Positions 6,186 to 9,548 of a stretch of DNA of 9,548 nucleotides are shown piece after piece. Under the pieces are notes generated by a model, which searched no databases, was not told the DNA's origin, and saw only the letters and a program-made list of their open reading frames with translations. A program made the position numbers and the translations under genes. This stretch comes from Octopus sinensis (Eukaryota), in the NCBI RefSeq assembly GCF_006345805.1, contig NW_021827904.1, forward strand, positions 1-9,548, given 5' to 3'. Positions within the stretch are counted from its first letter, which is position 1. Every line of letters begins with the position of its first letter.

Positions 6186-6285
6186 TCTTTTACTGATGAA
6201 GTGTGACCTATGGTAGACTAGCTTAATGTAATTTAATTAAGCTGGTCTATCATTAAAACACCGAAACGATGCATCGTATAAAAGA
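6186..6285 (+). ncRNA. type I hammerhead, array B copy 2
   Basis: Stem I TCTTTTA/TAAAAGA; CTGATGA 6193-6199; stem II GTGT/ACAC plus an 18-bp distal helix ATGGTAGACTAGCTTAAT/ATTAAGCTGGTCTATCAT; GAAA 6263-6266; perfect 12-nt palindrome ACGATGCATCGT as stem III; cleavage after 6278. Confidence 0.9.
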
Positions 6286-6405
6286 TGAATTAGGGTAAAC
6301 GTTTTTAAATTTTCACCTTATTTCCGAATTGCACTACTTGGCGGTTTGAGTTCGGGCTGCTCTTTCTGGTGGACGAATGGCCTGTTTAGGCCATTCCTAA
6401 ATTGT

Positions 6406-6414
6406 TATATATAT

Positions 6415-6457
<43 letters not shown>

Positions 6458-6466
6458 ATATATATA

Positions 6467-6514
<48 letters not shown>
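6406..6514. repeat. (TA)n tract at the 3' junction of array B
   Basis: Directly visible. Confidence 0.95.
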
Positions 6515-6515
<1 letters not shown>

Positions 6516-6862
6516 TTCTCCTTTTCTGTTACTTCATTCATTAGATCACAACCATGCTACAATATCACCTTAACATATTTTAGTCGAACAAATGGAACTC
6601 AATACTTCTTTTGCTTTAAGCATAGCACAGGTTTTATGAGAGATTTTTGACGAAACCCTATTTACAGGAACATAAACACAGTAGCAGCGGTTATCGAGCA
6701 AAAAGAATACGTATAGACACTCGCGCATGCGGTCGTTCTGTTCTTCTAGAAGACCTCATTAGACTAAGCGGAGTAGGGGCATACCCAAGGACGAAAAGTG
6801 TTGCTGAAGGGGTTTCAGATGTGTGACGAGTGATTTACGAACACTGGACATGAGTAAAAATA

Positions 6863-7000
6863 AGAACAGTTGAAAGGAATATATGGTGCGTGTGTTTGTT
6901 TGGCAAAGAAAACAACGTGACCGTTCGAGAAACAAGAACATCTGTTTCAATACACAGTTTCCTATTAGGAATCTTGCAACCACACATTAATAAACGTGTG
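6863..7000 (+). repeat. dispersed repeat D, copy 1 (~140 nt, ends at (TA)n)
   Basis: Aligns closely with 9357-9493 (AGAACAGTTGAAAGGA...CCTATTAGGAATCTTGCAACCAC...). This explains the two near-identical MVARFLIGNC ORFs. Confidence 0.85.
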
Positions 7001-7001
7001 T

Positions 7002-7031
7002 TATATATATATATATAATATATATATATAA

Positions 7032-7094
<63 letters not shown>

Positions 7095-7114
7095 TGTATG
7101 TATGTGTATGTATA
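7002..7114. repeat. (TA)n then (TATG)n microsatellite
   Basis: Directly visible. Confidence 0.95.
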
Positions 7115-7121
7115 ATGCTTT

Positions 7122-7289
7122 AAGATTAATCAGACGAAATTGCGAGCATGATCTGGTTATTGACTGAAGATAAAAGGCTTCGAATAACCCGTCCGTGTTT
7201 CTTTTTTGTATCGTCTATCTGGATGTTTTGTTGTCCCATTTTGTATCACCTAGTTGTCCGGATGTTTTGCATTTTTCTCTCATTTTGTA

Positions 7290-7296
<7 letters not shown>
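7122..7296 (+). repeat. dispersed repeat E, copy 1 (inverted relative to 8930-9101)
   Basis: AAGATTAATCAGACGAAATTGCGAGCATGATCTGG...CACCTAGTTGTCCGGATGTTTTGC matches the reverse complement of 8930-9101 with scattered substitutions. Confidence 0.85.
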
Positions 7297-7324
<28 letters not shown>

Positions 7325-7328
<4 letters not shown>

Positions 7329-8824
7329 GGATGCCTAGACGCAATATAAAGTCGTGATTCTCGGGAAGTAATGTAAAGTCATATTAGCAAATGACACACG
7401 TGTAATGGTGAAGCAGTAACGCCCCAAAATTTTCCCAATCTCCCGTTTGGATATTGTTACTGTAAAGAAAATATTTCTCAGTATTTTCGTCTCGTCTCTG
7501 ATTCATATCTCAAATAAATACAAGAGCTAAAAACTGATTTGAAATAAGCGGATGCACGTGAAGAGGACACACCTGGGATTTCAACTATCTCAATAATATA
7601 TTTGTAAATAGGTGTGTGCGCGTGTGTGTATACACATACGCAACACATACACACACACACGCACAATACACACACACACACTTTTATATATGTATGTATG
7701 TATATAATACGGAATATTATCTTCTGCCGAATATTTATATACGTGCATATGCGTATATTTGTGTGAGTACATATGTATGAATGTATGTATGTCTGTATGT
7801 ATGTATGTCGGTATGTATGTATGTCTGTCTGTATGTATGTATGTATGTATGTATGTAAGTTTGCGTGTGCGAGTGCGTGTGCGTGTGTGGGGGGTGCGTG
7901 TGTGTGTGTGTGTGTTTGTGATACTGCAATATCCCCACTTCACTCTTAAACTGCCATAAATACGGAGAGAGAGAGTCAGACAGACAGACAGACAGACAGA
8001 CAAAGGGAAATGTTTTTCTATTGTTTCTGAAATTTACTCCATCCCAATATCCTGATAGAGTTTTACTAACATCTCGTAGCTAATATCTTTTTAAGAGAAC
8101 AACAATATATAACAGTTAATATTAAAGAAATGCTCAAATATTATTTTGTTTGAAAATATTCTTATACAGAATTTTATCAAATGACTTCGAATCATATGGA
8201 AATGCAAATTTCTTTTCTTTTTATCCAAACCCTGGGTCCTCGGAATCCTAAACTAGGCGCGTGCTCGAATTCTTAGTGTGCAGGTATCAGCATCATAGGG
8301 CGATGAGTTCGATTCATATCCTGGGCGGTTTTTTATCCCGTTCCAAGTTAGTTCATTTGAGGTTGCTCACTTCAACCAGCGGAAAGGTAAACCAGCTGCT
8401 GTATCAGTCTTTCTCTTCAGCTCTTACATTCTTGTTATTCCATTGTGTCAAAGTCGAAAGAGCTTAGACAGTCTCCGGCATCTACTCAACACTAATTAAT
8501 CACCTAAATTAGGGAAGCATGGAGCAATACTCACGTTTGAGTTACAGTTTTGACTTTGTGTGCACACGCAGATACACACATGCACACACACACATATATC
8601 CGCGCACGCACTCACACGCAGAGGCAAATCTTGCACGAATCACTCATAATAAAGATAGTTTCGAGTTCAGTCTCTCTGCCTGACACTTCTAGAGTCTTCG
8701 ATCATAGGGGCGACCGAATCGTTGCGAGAGTATTTGATAATAAACTGTTGTTGCACCTTCAGTTACTATCACTGACAACTGAAGTTTTCCTGTTTGACTT
8801 TATATTGCGTCTAGCCATCATAGT
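7325..8824. mobile_element. candidate 1.5-kb non-autonomous TIR element (29-bp terminal inverted repeats)
   Basis: ACTAGGATGCCTAGACGCAATATAAAGTC (7325-7353) versus the reverse complement of 8796-8824, ACTATGATGGCTAGACGCAATATAAAGTC: 27/29 identical. Similarity stops internally, both ends abut (TA)n, and there is no transposase ORF. Confidence 0.5.
7612..8001. repeat. compound (CA)n/(TATG)n/(GTGC)n/(GA)n/(CAGA)n microsatellite field
   Basis: Directly visible; source of ORFs 7478..8003. Confidence 0.9.
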
Positions 8825-8826
8825 AC

Positions 8827-8903
<77 letters not shown>

Positions 8904-8928
8904 ATATATATATATATGTATATATATA
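8825..8928. repeat. (TA)n microsatellite
   Basis: Directly visible. Confidence 0.95.
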
Positions 8929-8929
8929 A

Positions 8930-9101
8930 AATTAAATTCAAAAGGGAGAAGAACGCAAAACATCCGGACAACTAGGTGATACAAAAGAGACAACAAAATA
9001 TCAGATAGACGATCGAAAAAAGAAACACGGACGGGTCATTCGAAGCCTTTTATCTTCAGTCAATAACCAGATCATGCTCGCAATTTCGTCCGATTAATCT
9101 T
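8930..9101 (-). repeat. dispersed repeat E, copy 2
   Basis: Reverse complement of 7122-7296 by manual alignment. Confidence 0.85.
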
Positions 9102-9356
9102 GAGATTGCTCCAATCTGGCCAGCTACAAGTAAAAACTAAGCAAAGAGCATTAGATTCCTTGGAAAAAAGTATCGAATGTATACGAAACTAAGAAAGAAA
9201 AACAGACGAAGTTACACGAATATCAATACAAAAATACAATACTAAAACCAAAAAAAAAATAATAATAACAAGCGTCTTTCGACTGGGGTCGAGTTGAATT
9301 GAGCCTGCGTGTGTGGAAATGAAGCTTTACAACAGAGGGAAGAATATCGATGTGGC

Positions 9357-9493
9357 AGAACAGTTGAAAGGAAAATATGGTAGTGTGTGTTTGTTTGGCA
9401 AAGAAAACAACGTGACCATCCGAGAAACAAGAACATCTGCTTCAATACGCAGTTTCCTATTAGGAATCTTGCAACCACATATTAATAACGTGT
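9357..9493 (+). repeat. dispersed repeat D, copy 2
   Basis: Aligns with 6863-7000 and is followed by (TA)n. Confidence 0.85.
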
Positions 9494-9505
9494 ATGTATA
9501 TATAT

Positions 9506-9548
<43 letters not shown>
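9494..9548. repeat. (TA)n microsatellite
   Basis: Directly visible. Confidence 0.95.

Larger units (their letters stand above)
5539..6410 (+). mobile_element. array B: 5'-inverted, ~1.75 tandem copies of a 477-nt HHR-bearing non-coding unit
   Basis: Forward copies start at AATTCTGAGATTGAATCGG at 5573 and 6050. Segment 5539-5576 is the exact reverse complement of 6031-6068. There is one HHR per copy on +, and the 3' end runs into (TA)n. Confidence 0.85.

Noticed and set aside
3781-6410. CRISPR array or rDNA-type repeat
   Set aside because: Units are full-length ~500-nt repeats without unique spacers, with no rRNA similarity, in a eukaryotic context.
6346-6650. Two YI-rich ORFs
   Set aside because: Microsatellite artefacts.
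6720-6770. Minus-strand CTAATGA-GGTC...GACC as a hammerhead
   Set aside because: No GAAA follows stem II and there is no NUH/stem III.
6759-6983. MVARFLIGNC... ORF and its twin at 9242-9478
   Set aside because: The similarity comes from non-coding repeat D; both start at GTG, the frames diverge after the shared part, and no domain is recognisable.
7158-7200. CTGAAGA...GAAT in repeat E as a hammerhead
   Set aside because: GAAA is not intact, stem II is weak, and the flanks do not pair to form stem I.
7478-8003. VC/HT-rich ORFs up to 137 aa
   Set aside because: Translations of (CA)n/(TATG)n tracts.
8295-8334. B-box-like GAGTTCGATTC followed by T6 as a Pol III gene
   Set aside because: No convincing A-box or cloverleaf; insufficient on its own.
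8400-8425. Minus-strand CTGAAGA-GAAA
   Set aside because: No stem II between the two core segments.
8261-8996. ORFs 8261..8467, 8550..8834, 8759..8971, 8811..8996
   Set aside because: Short, partly microsatellite-derived, and no transposase or RT motifs seen.

Overview
AT-rich, microsatellite-dense eukaryotic DNA. It looks like an Octopus-type cephalopod genome, an inference from a tRNA-derived SINE head I recall as abundant in Octopus. None of the supplied ORFs is credible: most are translations of (TA)n/(GT)n/(TATG)n tracts and the rest lie in non-coding repeats. The main signal is non-coding. Reading both strands by hand gives nine type I hammerhead ribozyme (HHR) folds from six different sequence families between 2155 and 6285; seven of the nine have a palindromic stem III. 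Five of them sit in two ~0.5 kb tandem arrays: array A (3781-5540, ~3.5 x ~503 nt, HHR on -) and array B (5539-6410, ~1.75 x 477 nt, HHR on +). The two arrays are fused head-to-head, and each 3' end runs into a (TA)n tract. A, B and a third element (F, 1912-2330) share a CTRGRCCRCTGGT...TACCCT motif about 295/295/272 nt upstream of the cleavage site, and a CCTWAATT motif at their (TA)n junctions. This suggests a diverged superfamily of (TA)n-associated, retrozyme-like or Penelope-derived non-autonomous retroelements. The window also holds a 29-bp-TIR candidate element (7325-8824), paired dispersed repeats, and a possible minus-strand host-gene micro-exon plus exon (1035-1051, 349-433). No database search or folding program was run; all folds are manual.
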